From Lama glama (Eukaryota): a stretch of DNA of 64,000 nt. Below the pieces are notes generated by a model that saw nothing but the letters and a program-made list of their open reading frames with translations, was not told where the DNA came from and searched no databases. This document shows, one piece after another, positions 24,900-37,140 of the stretch (the stretch's first letter is position 1; every line of letters begins with the position of its first letter). The stretch is taken from contig CM052840.1 of the NCBI GenBank assembly GCA_028534125.1, positions 29,326,001 to 29,390,000 of the forward strand. The letters are read 5' to 3'. Position numbers and translations under genes: made by a program.

Positions 24900-27800
24900 T
24901 CCAGATGGAGTCACAGGTGACCCCTCACCTAAAAGAACAAAAGCAGCAAAAGGCAAAGTCTAGGAACCAGCGGCTTTCAAGACGCTGGAAACCAGACGAC
25001 AGAGGACCAGCGGGCAAGCCCCAAGGCCTGGCACTGGCCAGCTCGCTGCTGAAGGCTGCAGGCACCGCACAGGGAGGGAGCCCCAGCAGGCGCTCAGCCG
25101 ACTTCCTGAGTCAGGGAGAGGAGCTGAGAGTCTGGGGAGACCCCCGCCCCCGCCACACACACACAAATCTTAAAAAGCAAGACCTGAAAGAATCAAATTG
25201 TTTCCAAAAGCTTAACTACTTCCCAGAACAAAGCTCAAGAAGACACACACGCGCGCGCGCGCACGTATCCAGTACCCAATAGGGTAAAACTGACAATGTC
25301 TGGCATCCATAAAAAATTGCTAGGTTATGCAAAGAAACAGAAAAATATGACCCATAATGAGGAGAAAAAAATCAATCCGTTGAAACCAACCCCAAACAGA
25401 TTGTAGAATTAACAAAGACAATAAAACATATAACTGCTTTCTGTGTGTTCAAAATGCTGAGTAGAAACACAGAAGATAAGAATTAAAGACACAAATTAAA
25501 CCTGCAGACAAGAAGACTACAATGTGTGAGTGAGGAATACACTGAAAATATCTTTCAAGTTGTAAACCAGCTTTATTTAGCTGTGATTTGTGCTCTGTGC
25601 AGGTCGCCCATTGAACGTGCACGACGCAGTGGTTTCCAGTGTATGCACGCGGTTCTGCCACCACGGCCGCCGTCTGCCCTGAGAACGTTTCATCGCCCCT
25701 GCTGAGATTCTGCCGTTTGCAGCCACATGGGTGGACCCGGAGGGTGTCACGCTTAGTGAAGTAGGTCAGACAGAGAAAGACGAATCCTGTGTGTTTTCAC
25801 TTATATGTAGAAACTCAAAAAGAAAACGAATGACAAAACAGAAGCAGATACAGAGAACAAACTAGTGATTACCAGTGGGGAGAGGGAAAGGGGAGGGACA
25901 ACTTGGGAAGGAAATTAAGAGGCACAAACTGCTGTGTAGAAATAACTAAGAAGGATGCACTGCACAGCACAGGGAATAAGGCCAATATTTTATGATAACT
26001 TTACATGGAGAATAATCTATAAACACATCGAATCACTATGTAGTACATCTGAAACTAACGTTGTCAATCAGCGAATTCTTTTCATCACCCCAGAAAGAAA
26101 CCTGGTACCTGTTAGAAGTCAGCCTCCAGTCTTCCCTGTCCCCACCCCAGAGCTGCTAGTTCAAAACTGGAAAAGGTGGGCAACTCTAAGAGCAGTCAAA
26201 TGCAGTCACAGTTGCTGTATTAATGCCAGACAAAGCTGAGCTCAGAGCAAAGCCTGCTGCCAGGGGTGAAGAAGTCCAGTTTATCGTGACAAAGCTCCTC
26301 TTCTTCAAGAAGCTGTCGTGACCGTCGGGTTTGTGCTCGTTAACCACCAAACCGTGGGAGGAGCCTGTGCTCCCTGGGAAATGAACACAACAAAACAGAA
26401 CAAATGTTGTGCTTAAGTCTCCACTGTTATTTTATACAAAGAGTCAAATTTCATGTGATGTGCAAAGCAGCAGAAAGCCGTGACCCGTAAGCTTGGGAAA
26501 ACCGTCCTCAGATGACCTCCCTACGGAACCGGCAAAGTCTTCATGGTGACCACTGTAAATATGTGAAAGAATTTAAAAGGGAAGATAGATACAGTAGGTG
26601 AAGAGAGACGGTTTTTCAAGAGAAATGCAAATTCCAAGAAAGCGCTAAATGGAAACTGCAGAACTGAAAAATGCAGTGTCTGAAAGTAGAAACCCACTGG
26701 ATGGGCTTACAGAAAGTTGGATGCTGTAAAAGAGAAACTTAGTGATTTGAATACAGGCCAAGTGAAATCACTCAAATTGAAGCCGGGAGAGAAGAAATGG
26801 TTGGAAGTAGCTAGCAGAGCATTGGCAAGCCGCAGGGTGGTAGCAAGTGGCCTCACGTACATCAGACCGGAGTCTCACAGGGAGAGAGACAGCGAGAAAA
26901 AACATTTAAAGAAACAGTGGCTGAAATTTTGATGGAAAATAACACGCCACAGGCCCCAGAAGTTTAACTGACCCCAAACAGGATAAATACAGAGAAAACC
27001 AAACCGAGCACATCGAATTGCTGAAAACCAAAGACAGAGAGCAGTCTCAAGAGTGCCCATGGCAGGAAGAGGACACGCTGCTCAGAGGGGACCAATGACA
27101 AATATGAAAGCTATTCTTCATCAAGTGTAAGCCAGACCCCCATCAGCTGGTGAATACACAGAGGGCACTGTACTCACACAATATTACTCAGCAACAGAAG
27201 TGACCTACCTGTTTATGCCAAGACGTGCATGAGCTTCAGAAACCTCGTTCTAAGTGAACAGAGGAGGACGCAAAAGACACATGGTGCACGGCCCCGTTTA
27301 CATGAGCTGTCTGGAGAAGACTGTCTTTAGGGACGGAGGGAACGTCAGTGCTTGCCTGAAGCTGGGCTAGGGCCTGGGACTGACTGCAGATGGGCTGGAG
27401 GGGTTGCAATTGGGTGTTGGAAATGTTCTAAAACCAAGCTGTGGTGATGGTTAAACAGCTCTTTAAATTTGCTAAAAATCATTGAATTGTGTACTGAAAA
27501 TGCATGAATTTTATGGTATGTAAATGATACCTCAATAAAGCTATTAAGAAGGTGGTGAGAGAGAAGCCCCAGACTTGAAAAAGAGAAGTGAAAAGCATAT
27601 AACCCAGAAAAGATTTCTAGCCACAATATATAAAGATTTATTACAAATCAAAGAAAAAAGATTAACAATAGAACTGGAAATAGATGAGGAGGAGGAACAG
27701 GAGGCAACCCCAGTGGCCGCCAAACATATGAAAAGAAGCTCAACCTTACTGACGGTGGATGAAACGCAAGCTAAAGTCACAGTGCTCTGCAGTCTCACGT

Positions 27801-28822
27801 CCATCTGGTTGTCAAAAAAAATCTGGCAATACCAAGTGTCGGCAAGGATGTGATAAAGGTACCCCAACGCCACAGCCACCAGCTTCACTCCTGGGGAAAC
27901 TCCTGGGGAAAGACAACGTGTGTGGTAAGATGTGTAGGAGGATTTCTGGGGCAGCAGATCTGTGCCGTAGCAGCAAACCTGGGACCGCAGAACTAGTAAG
28001 CTGTAGTGCAGTGGTATAATGGGGTATCACACAGCCATGAAAATGAACAAGCTGGAGCTACGTGCATCAACAAGGATGAGCCTTTCAAAATCTAGCTGAG
28101 CCAGAGGAGGACAACTGTAGAGGAATGCGTGTGGTGCGATCCCACGCGTGCAGCTGCCACGTGCGGGGCACACGCAGCGCGTGGTGCAGCAAAAAGAGAC
28201 AGGCAGCATGGGGCGGTTTAATGCCAAGCTCAGAGTGGCATTGCCCTTGAGGGGAGAGGAGAACCTCGGTGGTGGGAGGTCTTAAACTATATTCTCTCAC
28301 TGCTTTATTTCTTACACTGTTCAGTGTTTATAGGCGCGATGGTTAAACTTTAAGTGTCAACTTGATGGGCTGCCCAATATTTGGCCAAACTTGTTCCAGG
28401 TATTTCTGCGAGGGTGCTTTTGAGTAAGGGCTAGCATTTAAAGTAGTGGACTGAGTACATCAAATTGCCCTCCCAGATGTGGGTGGGCCTTGTCCAATCA
28501 GTCAAAGACCCAACTAGAACAAGGAGGCTGACCCTCCCCCAAATAAGAGAGCATCTCTTCTGCCTGGCTGCCTTCAAGCTGAGACGTCGGCTCCTTCCTG
28601 CATCCGCAGCCGGCCAGCTCCCCCTGCAGGTCCTGGGACTCCAGCCCCTCCAGCTGCCCGAGCCAGCCCCTTGTAAGTGACTGAGTGAGTGAGTGAATGA
28701 ATGAATATCTGATTGGTTCTGTTTCTCCAGTGAACCCTGAGTAATGCAAGAGGTATGTTTGCTATATTATTTTCCATACCTTTTGTATGTCTAAAATATT
28801 TCATAATAAACTTTTAAATAAA
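24900..28822 (+). mobile_element. Cluster of nested old L1 fragments (5'/ORF1, ORF2 endonuclease, ORF2 C-terminus, 3' ends; one antisense piece)
   Basis: ORF1-like 26717-26932; EN-like 26160-26350; ORF2 C-terminal-like IYKDLLQI...KHMKRSSTLL 27575-27853; 3' ends with AATAAA near 27534 and 28805. Confidence 0.8.
28335..28748 (+). mobile_element. MLT2 (ERVL) solo LTR inserted into an L1 3' end
   Basis: cgcgatggttaaactttaagtgtcaacttga...ttggttctgtttctccagtgaaccctgagtaatgca; 5-bp TSD atagg/agagg. Confidence 0.85.
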
Positions 28823-31519
28823 TCAGTGATGAATGAGTGTTGATGGTCACACGAGATTTAGCTTCTAAGAGGCCAAGGATCACCTTTGGCTGGAGCGGGT
28901 TCAGCACTGTGTCCAGAGGGTGGTGGGTGTCGGGGAGATGAGCCACGAGGCCAAGGAGAGGTCCGGGTCTGTTGCTGGAATGGGCGCAGAGTAGAAGGGG
29001 GTTAAAATGAGTGACTTCACTTCTCCTGGGGGCTTCCACGCTGATGCTGCTGAAATGATCAGAGTCCTGGTGCTCCTCTGGTCCCTGGGACGATTCCAGC
29101 AAAGATTCTGGAAGACTTAAATTGCACCCCTAGGGTGTACAAAACGATGTTTAAAATGCCTGAGTGCCAAGGCAAATGCTCCAGACGTCAGCTTTCTTGG
29201 CTTGGTTTTCCAAGGAGCATAACACCAACCTCTCTCATGGAAAAGAAGATACTAAAGCCACACTATCACGTTAGCCTCCGGTCCACCAGGTACATCGGCC
29301 CATGAGAAATTAAGCTGGAAGTTCATTTTCTCCTTTTTTTTTAAGTCGTGTGGTTGAACTTGGCTAGTGGAGTGCTGCTAACGGCCTCCCGATTTGGGTT
29401 CTCGAGGAACAGCAGAGAGTGACCAAGCCTCGGGGGCTGGGAGGACAAGCCACTAGCCTGTCTCACTCCTCCCAGAAACTCAGTCTGAGTTTTATTCTAA
29501 TTTCTTCTCGGTCTCATCAAAGGAGCCCCAGCTGGGGAGTTTCTGAGCTGGGCTGTTCCTTCCCACCCCTCCCAGACAGACTGCAAGGTTTTTCCAGCAC
29601 CCGCTTCTCCCTGGGGCTCGGCCCGGCTGCTGCAGGGAGAAGGCCAGCAGCAGGGGTCAGTGGCGTCTCATCTGGCTGAGCCGCCGCCACCTGGGCAGTG
29701 GGTCCTGGCTGGTCCAGGGCTGATGGGGAGCTGGAGCTCACTTCCTGTAGGGCCCGGCATCTGAGCATCGCAGGCTGAAGACTCCTTCCCTGCGCGGGGA
29801 GCGGGGCTACCTTCCTTCAAAGGCTGACGGGGGTGTGACCAGACATCAGTGAGGCCCGCCCACTGCCTGGCTTTCTGCCGGGAGGTTTGGACATGTATCA
29901 GCACGTGTGATGCCGCGTGCGGGTTGGATGTCAGGACGTGGGTCTTGGATTTGCCCTGCTGAGCTTCTCTCAGAGACCTGGGGCTCCTGTCTGGGTAGTC
30001 CCGGGCTCTCGTGAGGGCTGGCCGCTCTCCCACACTCGTGCAGGCTGCCCTGAAGCCTGCCCGGTCCACGCGCCACGCACGCTCAGCTTGGCTCAGAATT
30101 CTCCGTGCCAGCCACCTCCAGAGTGCACGTCTCCGCGGCCCAAGCCCCAAGAGCAAGTTTGGCTCTTGTTCTTCAGCCTCAGCCCCCCTGCCTGCCTTCT
30201 CCCAGCTCTGGTCCCCGCTGACCCCTCTGGTCCCAGTTGCGGCTCCCCTCTGCCTCCCAGATCACTAGATGGTCCCATGTTAGACGTCTGCCCCTCCCCT
30301 GTCCCCAGGCCCCCCGACTCCGGTGGTGGGGCAAAGCACCAACGAGCCTGTGGGACAGCTGTGCAGATGGAAGCGGCCCTGGGCTGGAAGAGGGGCCAGT
30401 CTGTGCCGAGACTCTGGGCCTCCGTGTGCTGCAGTGACGGGCAGACGCCCTGCCTTCCCATCTGCCTGCGCCCCCGGCCTGCTTTCCCAGGAGCAGAGTT
30501 ACAGCAGCTGATCTGGGCAACAGGTGTGGGCTGGTGGTACAGCGGGCCCGGGGCACATCTGTACCGCGGGAGAGGCTGCAGCACCCGCCGGGCATCCACA
30601 CGCCCACCCCATCCCCGGTCAGTGGAGGGGTGCGCCGCCCAGGGGCCGGGGTCCAGAGAGAGGCGGGGAACCTGGGACCGGCATTCACAGAGCACTTTCC
30701 TCCTGGGCCCATGATGCTGGAAGTCAGCCTCGCTGGCCCCTACAGCTCGGGGATCGGGGACCGGGGGCCCTAGTGCCCTTCTCCCCTCCCGGCGGGCTCA
30801 GCTCTGCCCCTGCAGCCTGGGACTCTGAGCCCTGCTCTCAGGGGCTCTCCTAGAAAACTGGGAGGGACGTACCTGAAAGAGCGGCTCTCGATACCTGCAG
30901 GTGAGTTCCTGCCACGTTACTGCCTCCAGCTACAGTCGACGAAAGGGAAGGGGGAGCGTCTGGAGTCCTGGTCCGAGCACCGGGCCCAGTGCTTCACCTA
31001 CGTCAGATCCTCCCAGAAAGCCTGCCAGGAGCATCCGTCTCGCAGGGGAGGGACCAAGGTTCCGGTCACACAGGATGCAGTGAATCTGAGACTCGATTAT
31101 AGCCCTGCCTCCAAAGCTTGTCCCCTGTCCACTGGGTGCGCAGCCTGAAACCCCCCATTCCCTGGCAAACCCCACGCCGGGGGCCCATCCTTCCTCCTTG
31201 TGGAGGGAACCCCCGCCTCCCCCACCTCGTCCACCTCTGCTGACCGCAGCCAAAGTCACCTCTCCGACCTCACCACCAGGCTCACTGGGCAGCACCACCC
31301 ACCACCCCGGCCAGCCCCAGAGTGGACACTGTGGTCTCAAAACCCTCGGGGAGCCAGGCCCAGCTCCCACCTCCCAGCCCCGGCCCCCACGCCCAGCGCC
31401 CCCTCCCGCATCCAGCCTGCCCCCTGAAGCCTGCACCCCCCCAAACTCGTTCTTCCCCTCCTCCACCTTCTCCGCCTCAGTGCCCCCATGTCCTCTTCTT
31501 CCCTCTCCAGACGCTGCTC

Positions 31520-31975
31520 TTCCAATTGTTTTAAGAACATTTGCTGACATGAGAAAGTGCACACAGACTGCGTTAGGAGCGTCTTACCGCTTCACTCATC
31601 ACCGTACAAGGGGAACGTGAGGTGTTCTCCCCGTGAGAGCGGCCACAGCACAACTCACATGTGCGGGAAGTTAGCAGCTCCCTCGGCGGCTCCCCAGAAG
31701 GGACCCTGCTATCAGTCTGGAGACCTCCCAGACTTCCGGAAAAATGTGTTTTCATACAGGTCTCACACACACAGAAGCAGCGTGAGGAATCTTCAGATGT
31801 AAATGGGATCACAGTGTACAAAGTGTTCTGCAACATTTATTTCTCCTAACATTCAACATGCAGCCTCTGTGCCTGTGTTGCACACAGACACAGCTTGCAT
31901 GTGAGTGGTTCTGGGTGGAGAAACACTATTCCTCACCGGAGCCCCGACGGCCTAGCCTGGGCTCTGCTCCCCGTC
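31520..31975 (-). mobile_element. Old L1 (L1ME-like) fragment
   Basis: aaatgggatcacagtgtacaaagtgttctgcaacatttatttctcctaaca resembles antisense L1ME 3' sequence. Confidence 0.55.
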
Positions 31976-31982
31976 CCACGGG

Positions 31983-32266
31983 CAAAACTGGCTGCACAAC
32001 TTCGGCGTGAAATGAAAATGTGGCATCCGTTGTTTAAAAAAATGATTAAGAATTTGCAGATGACCACAGCCAAGCACGAAACCAAGCAGGGGACCCTCCT
32101 CCACACAGGGGACCCTTCTCCAAGCAGGGGACCCTCCTCCACACAGGGGACCCTTCTCCAAGCAGGGGACCCTCCTTCATGCAGGGGACCCTCCTCCACA
32201 CAGGGGACCCTTCTCCATGGAGGATCCCGCATGGCCACACAAGTCACCTGCCCATGGACGCTACAG
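31983..32266 (-). mobile_element. MER45A-like hAT-Tip100 element with an expanded internal repeat
   Basis: aaatgaaaatgtggcatccgttgtttaaaaaatgattaagaatttgcagatgaccacagc...aaccaagc and cacacaagtcacctgcccatgg match the recalled antisense MER45A consensus. Confidence 0.75.
32087..32219. repeat. Minisatellite, 7 x 19 bp (CAGGGGACCCTYCTYCAHR)
   Basis: Units start at 32087, 32106, 32125, 32144, 32163, 32182 and 32201. Confidence 0.95.
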
Positions 32267-34289
32267 AGGCCGGCCGACTCCTGGGTGCTCTGTTCTGATG
32301 ATGGACGTCCCTGCCTCGGCCTCCATGTTGGACCTGATCCCTGACTCTGCACCCAGCCTCCCCCAGCTGCATTCTCTGCTCCACGGCCAGAGTCCTGGGC
32401 ATTCTCACGCCACACAAGCAAACTCCCAGGTCCCAGCACGTGACCCTCTGGGACCCTCACAAACAGTAGGAGGGCTGGACAATGACGCCCCCGTGCCTCG
32501 GGTGGAAAGTCTCGTGGGAGACAGAACAGCACTGAGCTACTGACCGAGAGGCCGGGTTCTGGTCCAGCCCTGCCGCTGGGTTCGCTGTGTGTCCTTCCTG
32601 ACTGTCGAGCTGCTTAACATCTTGGCACCTCCGTTTCGGCATCTGTTCAAGGAGAGGTGGGATTACGCGGTCTTCAAGACCACACCCAGCTCTGAAAGCC
32701 TGTATTTTAGCGACTCTCGGCGACCGCAAAGGTAACAACTAACCGTGTGCCATCTGCCACTGACAGCCTCAGTGCGTGCTCCCTGCAGGCCTCCGAGGAG
32801 GCCCTGCGAGGCCCACGTCCCAGAGAGCAAGCTGAGAGCGAACGAACGAGGAAGCGTGGGGTGAGGGGCATGCTCCAGGGCCAGAGTCCCCGTTTCCTCT
32901 GCGCGTCCGGGCACAGGCTCGGGGGCCTGACTGCCCGGGTGCAAATCCTGGCTGTAGCCCCTGGCAAGCCCTTGAGTTTGACTTCTTCACCGTAAAACGG
33001 GGGTAAAAATGATGCCTCTTCCCAGGGTGACGGCATGTGAAGTGCTCAGAGCAGCCGTCGGCGCGCAGCCAGCGCTCTGACGGCCTGGACCATTATCATC
33101 GTCTCAGGATGGATGCCGCCAGAGAGGAGCTTCTCTCCCTGCCAACCCACCTCTACCCTCTGGCCCCTTAAAGCAGCACCTCTCTTGAAAAGCTATCTTT
33201 GGAAAAACGCTGAGGCTGACTTTCAGCTCACCTCCTGGTAGCAGAGAAAGGGAGGCAGAGCATCTTGCCGAGAGGTGGCGGCACTCACTGGCTCCCGTGG
33301 GACACCCACCGCTGAGCCGGTGGTCCCCGCAGACTGCTCCTGCTGGGCCTGTGACCTCAGACAACCCGCACCGGGGCGGCCAGGGAGGGGGACACGCCTA
33401 CCCCCACCCCCCACGGCCCTGAAGTCTCTTCCCGGAAGATGGATCAGGCCGTAAAGGACAGGGTTACCAGCGGACAGTCAGAGTCCCGTTGCTCAGAAGT
33501 GAGTTTTCGCGCTGGAGCGAGTGGGGAGGGGCGGGGCGTGCGGGCTGCGCTGTCTGTTTGATAATCAGACATCTGCTGATACTTGCTCAGCACTGCGTGA
33601 GCCGCCTCCCCTTCTGTGCTCCCACTGAGCGCCCACTCGGGCCTCAGTAGGTGGAGGTGTCCCCTGTGTGTCCCCCCCAGACTGATGAGCACGCAGGGGT
33701 GAGGCGCCTCGGCAGAGGCTGAGCCAAGGTGTGGACTCAGATCCTCTGACAGCCAGTGTTTTTCCACCGTGCTTCCGAGGAGCAAGCCAGAGGCTCCCCC
33801 TGACGGCGTTTGTTAAACGCTCGGGAAAATGAAGGGAGGCACTGAGTCCCAGCCCGGCCTGGCAGACCGCGGGGCACGCCTGAACCAGAGAGGAAGGTGC
33901 AGACAGGACTTCGTGGGCCACAAGGACTGTCCCAGCCCCCGGGTCCCAAACGTGAAACAAACGAGCAGAGGGCCCCAGACCCCAGGGTTGCAGGACAAGA
34001 CTACAGGCCAGGCCAGGCCAGGCCAGGGGCTGGGGCAGCCGGAGCGCCCGCCTCAAATGTCAGGGTCTGAGACTGCGGGGTGAACACAGGCTCCTAGGCT
34101 GACTTTTTAAAACCCATTTGTCACATTGACACTAATCCTCTTGTGAACAGTCTCCTGCCCTGAAGCCCTAAGCTGGGGCTGCAGGAGAGGAGGGGGGAGC
34201 TGGCTGGTTTTAAGGAGTCTCAGTGAGGCCAGCAGGGCCTGGAGGCGCCTTCTCAGCGGAGGGGTGTGGAAGGCTCCCAGCCTGAGTCT

Positions 34290-34490
34290 CACTCCCTCCC
34301 TGCTGCCAGCCACTTCACCCCTACCCTCCGGCCCCCCTCCTCTCCCCCCTCTTCCCTCCCCACCCTCCTCTCCCCACTCCGGACCCCCCCACCCTTCTCT
34401 CCCCTCCGGCCCCCACCCTCCTCTCCCCACTCTGGTCCCCCTGACTCTCCTCTCCCCACTCCAGACCCCCCACCCTCCTCTCCCTGCAGC
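34290..34490. repeat. C/T-rich low-complexity tract with imperfect ~30-bp repeats
   Basis: CTCCTCTCCCCACTC recurs three times within a nearly pure C/T tract. Confidence 0.8.
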
Positions 34491-35291
34491 CGGGCCCTTG
34501 CCTCCACTTATTGATTTTCATATTTAAGGAAAATCCATTTACTTGATTCAGAGCAACTGAGTCATCACTGTGTTCAGAGGAAAACCACTCACAAAGCAGG
34601 CACTTGGCAGAGGCCACTTCTGGGCTGGGCAGGACCGCTTCCCACCTGGGTGGTGCTCCGTCCATGACCATGCTCACTCTGGCCCCTCCCCTCTGCCGCC
34701 CCGTCCTCCCACCTCCTCTCTCAAGAGCCATCACCATGACCACACCTGGTCTGTTTATTCCCCGCCCCCAGCCTGTCCGCACGCACGCTAGCACGTTTAT
34801 CCAGACACACTTCACTGATGGAGGTCTGTGACTGGGATGTTTGGAGCAGGGTCAGGGGTCATTATGGTATGACCATAAGTGGGGGGAGGGCAATACTGAT
34901 CGTCTGCCATGATGGAGAGACTTAACCCTCAAGAAATCCTGGCTTTGACCTTCTTCCACATTCAGCACCCAAGGGACAGCATCTTCTCAACATGACCGGC
35001 ATGGCTGGGGGCCCCGTGTCCAGCCTCACCACTGCCCAGAGAGCAGTTCAGCCTCCGACGCTGGTTTGCAAGCCTGTTTCATAATCCTTGGTCCCTGGGC
35101 CTAGGAAGGCCAAGGAGCCAGGCTGGCCCACCCAGGGAGCCTTCAAGAAAGGACAGTGCTTCTTCTTAAAGGACCGAGCTCCTCTTTGCAGGCTGAGAGG
35201 GCTGTGAGAAGCAAGAGAGATTCCAGTTAGCACGTGGCTGAATGCCAAATGGGATGCAGGGCTGTCGGACCCAGACATCAAAACAAGCAAG

Positions 35292-35520
35292 GTTTACTGA
35301 GTAGTGCCCGCACTGTTCTGAGTGTGTCACCTATAGCGTCACACTGATCCTCCCAGCAACCTTATGAGACGGCAGCTACTATCGCCGCATTTTATAGATG
35401 ACGAGGCTGCGGTGGCCAGAGGCTGAAGAATCTGCTCAAGTCCTCACGGCTGGTGAGCAGCAGATTCAGGGCGGGAACCAGGCAATCTGCCCCAAAGCCC
35501 ACACTCTGAGCCACTACGCA
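35292..35520 (-). mobile_element. MIR SINE, near full length
   Basis: atcctcccagcaaccttatgag...cattttatagatgacgaggc...ctgctcaagtcctcacggctggtgag. Confidence 0.8.
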
Positions 35521-36279
35521 CCCAGGCCAAGGGACTCGCCTCACGTGGCCCTCTGAGACAGCCCCCCCACCAAAAAAAGGGCAATGAATTCTTTTCACGG
35601 GCAAAAACCATCTAAAGTCCTCTTCTCTGATCAGTTTCACTGCTAGTCCACAGTCTAGTGTTCTGTATCGTCCCCAGACGTCCACAGCCACTGTGACCTG
35701 CAGGACTGGATAGGGGTGGGGGGGACTCAGGGCTCTTCTGACCCTCATGCCCCTGGCTGATGTTGCCAGTGAAGAATTCTCAGGCCTTCCAGGGAGCCGG
35801 CCCCCGGGAAATAAATCAACCCTCCTGTTTGCTGGCTGGAGCTGGCGGAGTCTCGGGTCCCCATCTGCTGGGTCCTCCGTCGCACTGCTGTCTTTCTACT
35901 CGAGCCCCAAGCCCGCTCCAGCAGCACAGGCCACCTGACCCCCGCTGCCCTCCCTGGGCAGAGCCTGAAGGCCCAGATCGGAGGCAGGGGCGGTAGAGGC
36001 CGTGCGCTGTAGAGGCTGCACCAGGTTCTGGCTGAGGACCTCCTTCCAGCCACTGCCTCCACTCTGGTCCTTTCCTCTCCCTTCTTCGCCCCTCCTCCCA
36101 GGTCCCAGGCCCTGGAGGGAGGAGGGGGCGGGGTCTAGAGGCGGGAAGAAGTCCCGTGCGTTTTACTGAGCACCTACTATTTGCCCGGCCCTTCTGGGGT
36201 CCCCTTCTCCTCTGCACCCATGCCTCAGCTGAGACACCCGAACAGAAAGGAAGGAAGGGGGCGCAGACAGAAGCGGGTG

Positions 36280-37140
36280 GGGCAGGTGGCCGACTGCCCG
36301 TCCCCTTTCCGAAGAGCTGGGCGTGTGTGGGGCCGGGGGCGGCCGGGCCTGGAAGTGGCGGTGGCGGGTCCCCTGGCCAAGGAAAGGCTCAATTGTGCGA
36401 AGGCTTCCTGCCCGCCACCCAGCTCCGCCTTCCTGCGGCCGCGGAGGCGGGACGAAGGCGAAGGCAGGAAAGGGTTATGGGAATAGCTTTCCAATGACAA
36501 AGTCTGGAAGGGACGGCGCCTCCGCCCCTCTGCGGGTTAAACTGGCACAGCGCGGGGGGCGGGGGCAGGGCGCTCGGCGGCGCAGCCTCCGCCCCGGCCC
36601 GGGAGGCGGCCGGCGTGTGCCTGGGGCAGCGGGTCACCAGGCTCCGCCCCGCCGCCCGGCCGGCCGGGGACGCACTTTGTTCGGGATGCCGCCTCCCTCC
36701 GCGTCGTGGGGCCCGGGCAGGCGGCGGCCCTAGCGCCAGGCGGCGGCCGCAGCGCGGAGCCCGAGAACTTTCTCCCCGCGGGAGGGCCCGGCCGGCGCGG
36801 CGCGGGATGCGCAGCTGGGAGCGGCGGCGGCGCGCACCGCAGGCTCCGGGGCGCAGGCGCGCGGGTGAGTGGCCCGGGCGGGCGCGGGGCCCCGGCGGGC
36901 GCGGGGCGGGTTCGAGCCTGACGCTTCCCACTCGGCGAGGCCGGGCCGGCAGGTCCTGCGCGGCCGGGACGGAGCCCGGGGGAGGTGAGCTTGTGCCCGC
37001 GGGAGGCGGCGCAGCGGTCACCACCCGGCCGCTAACGGCTTCCCGGGGGGCGGGCTGTGTGTGTGTGTGTCTGTCTGTCTGTCTGTCTGCACGTCTCTGC
37101 GGGGCTGCGCGTCGTCTGGTGCAGGAGCTGACTCGCTAGG
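36280..37140 (+). promoter_or_regulatory. NAV1: CpG-island promoter and non-coding first exon(s), probably the distal NAV1 promoter
   Basis: Dense CpG island with GC boxes; plus-strand donors CGG|gtgagt (36864/36865) and GAG|gtgagc (36984/36985). Gene identity rests only on conserved CSRP1-NAV1 synteny; no NAV1 coding sequence is in the window. Confidence 0.55.
37056..37089. repeat. Compound (TG)7(TCTG)5 microsatellite
   Basis: Direct reading. Confidence 0.9.

Larger units (their letters stand above)
20523..35697 (-). pseudogene. Probable 3' continuation of the same minus-strand gene relic
   Basis: Exon-like blocks 35697-?, 35201-?, 33234-33151, 30929-30873, ?-29811, 29629-?, 29107-29021, 23670-23587, 23466-23369, 23137-23102, 22803-?, 22684-22640, 21470-21387, 20637-?. 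Many are symmetric phase-1 exons. Confidence 0.42.

Noticed and set aside
32087-32219. CRISPR-like array
   Set aside because: Head-to-tail units with no unique spacers, a eukaryotic context and no cas genes.
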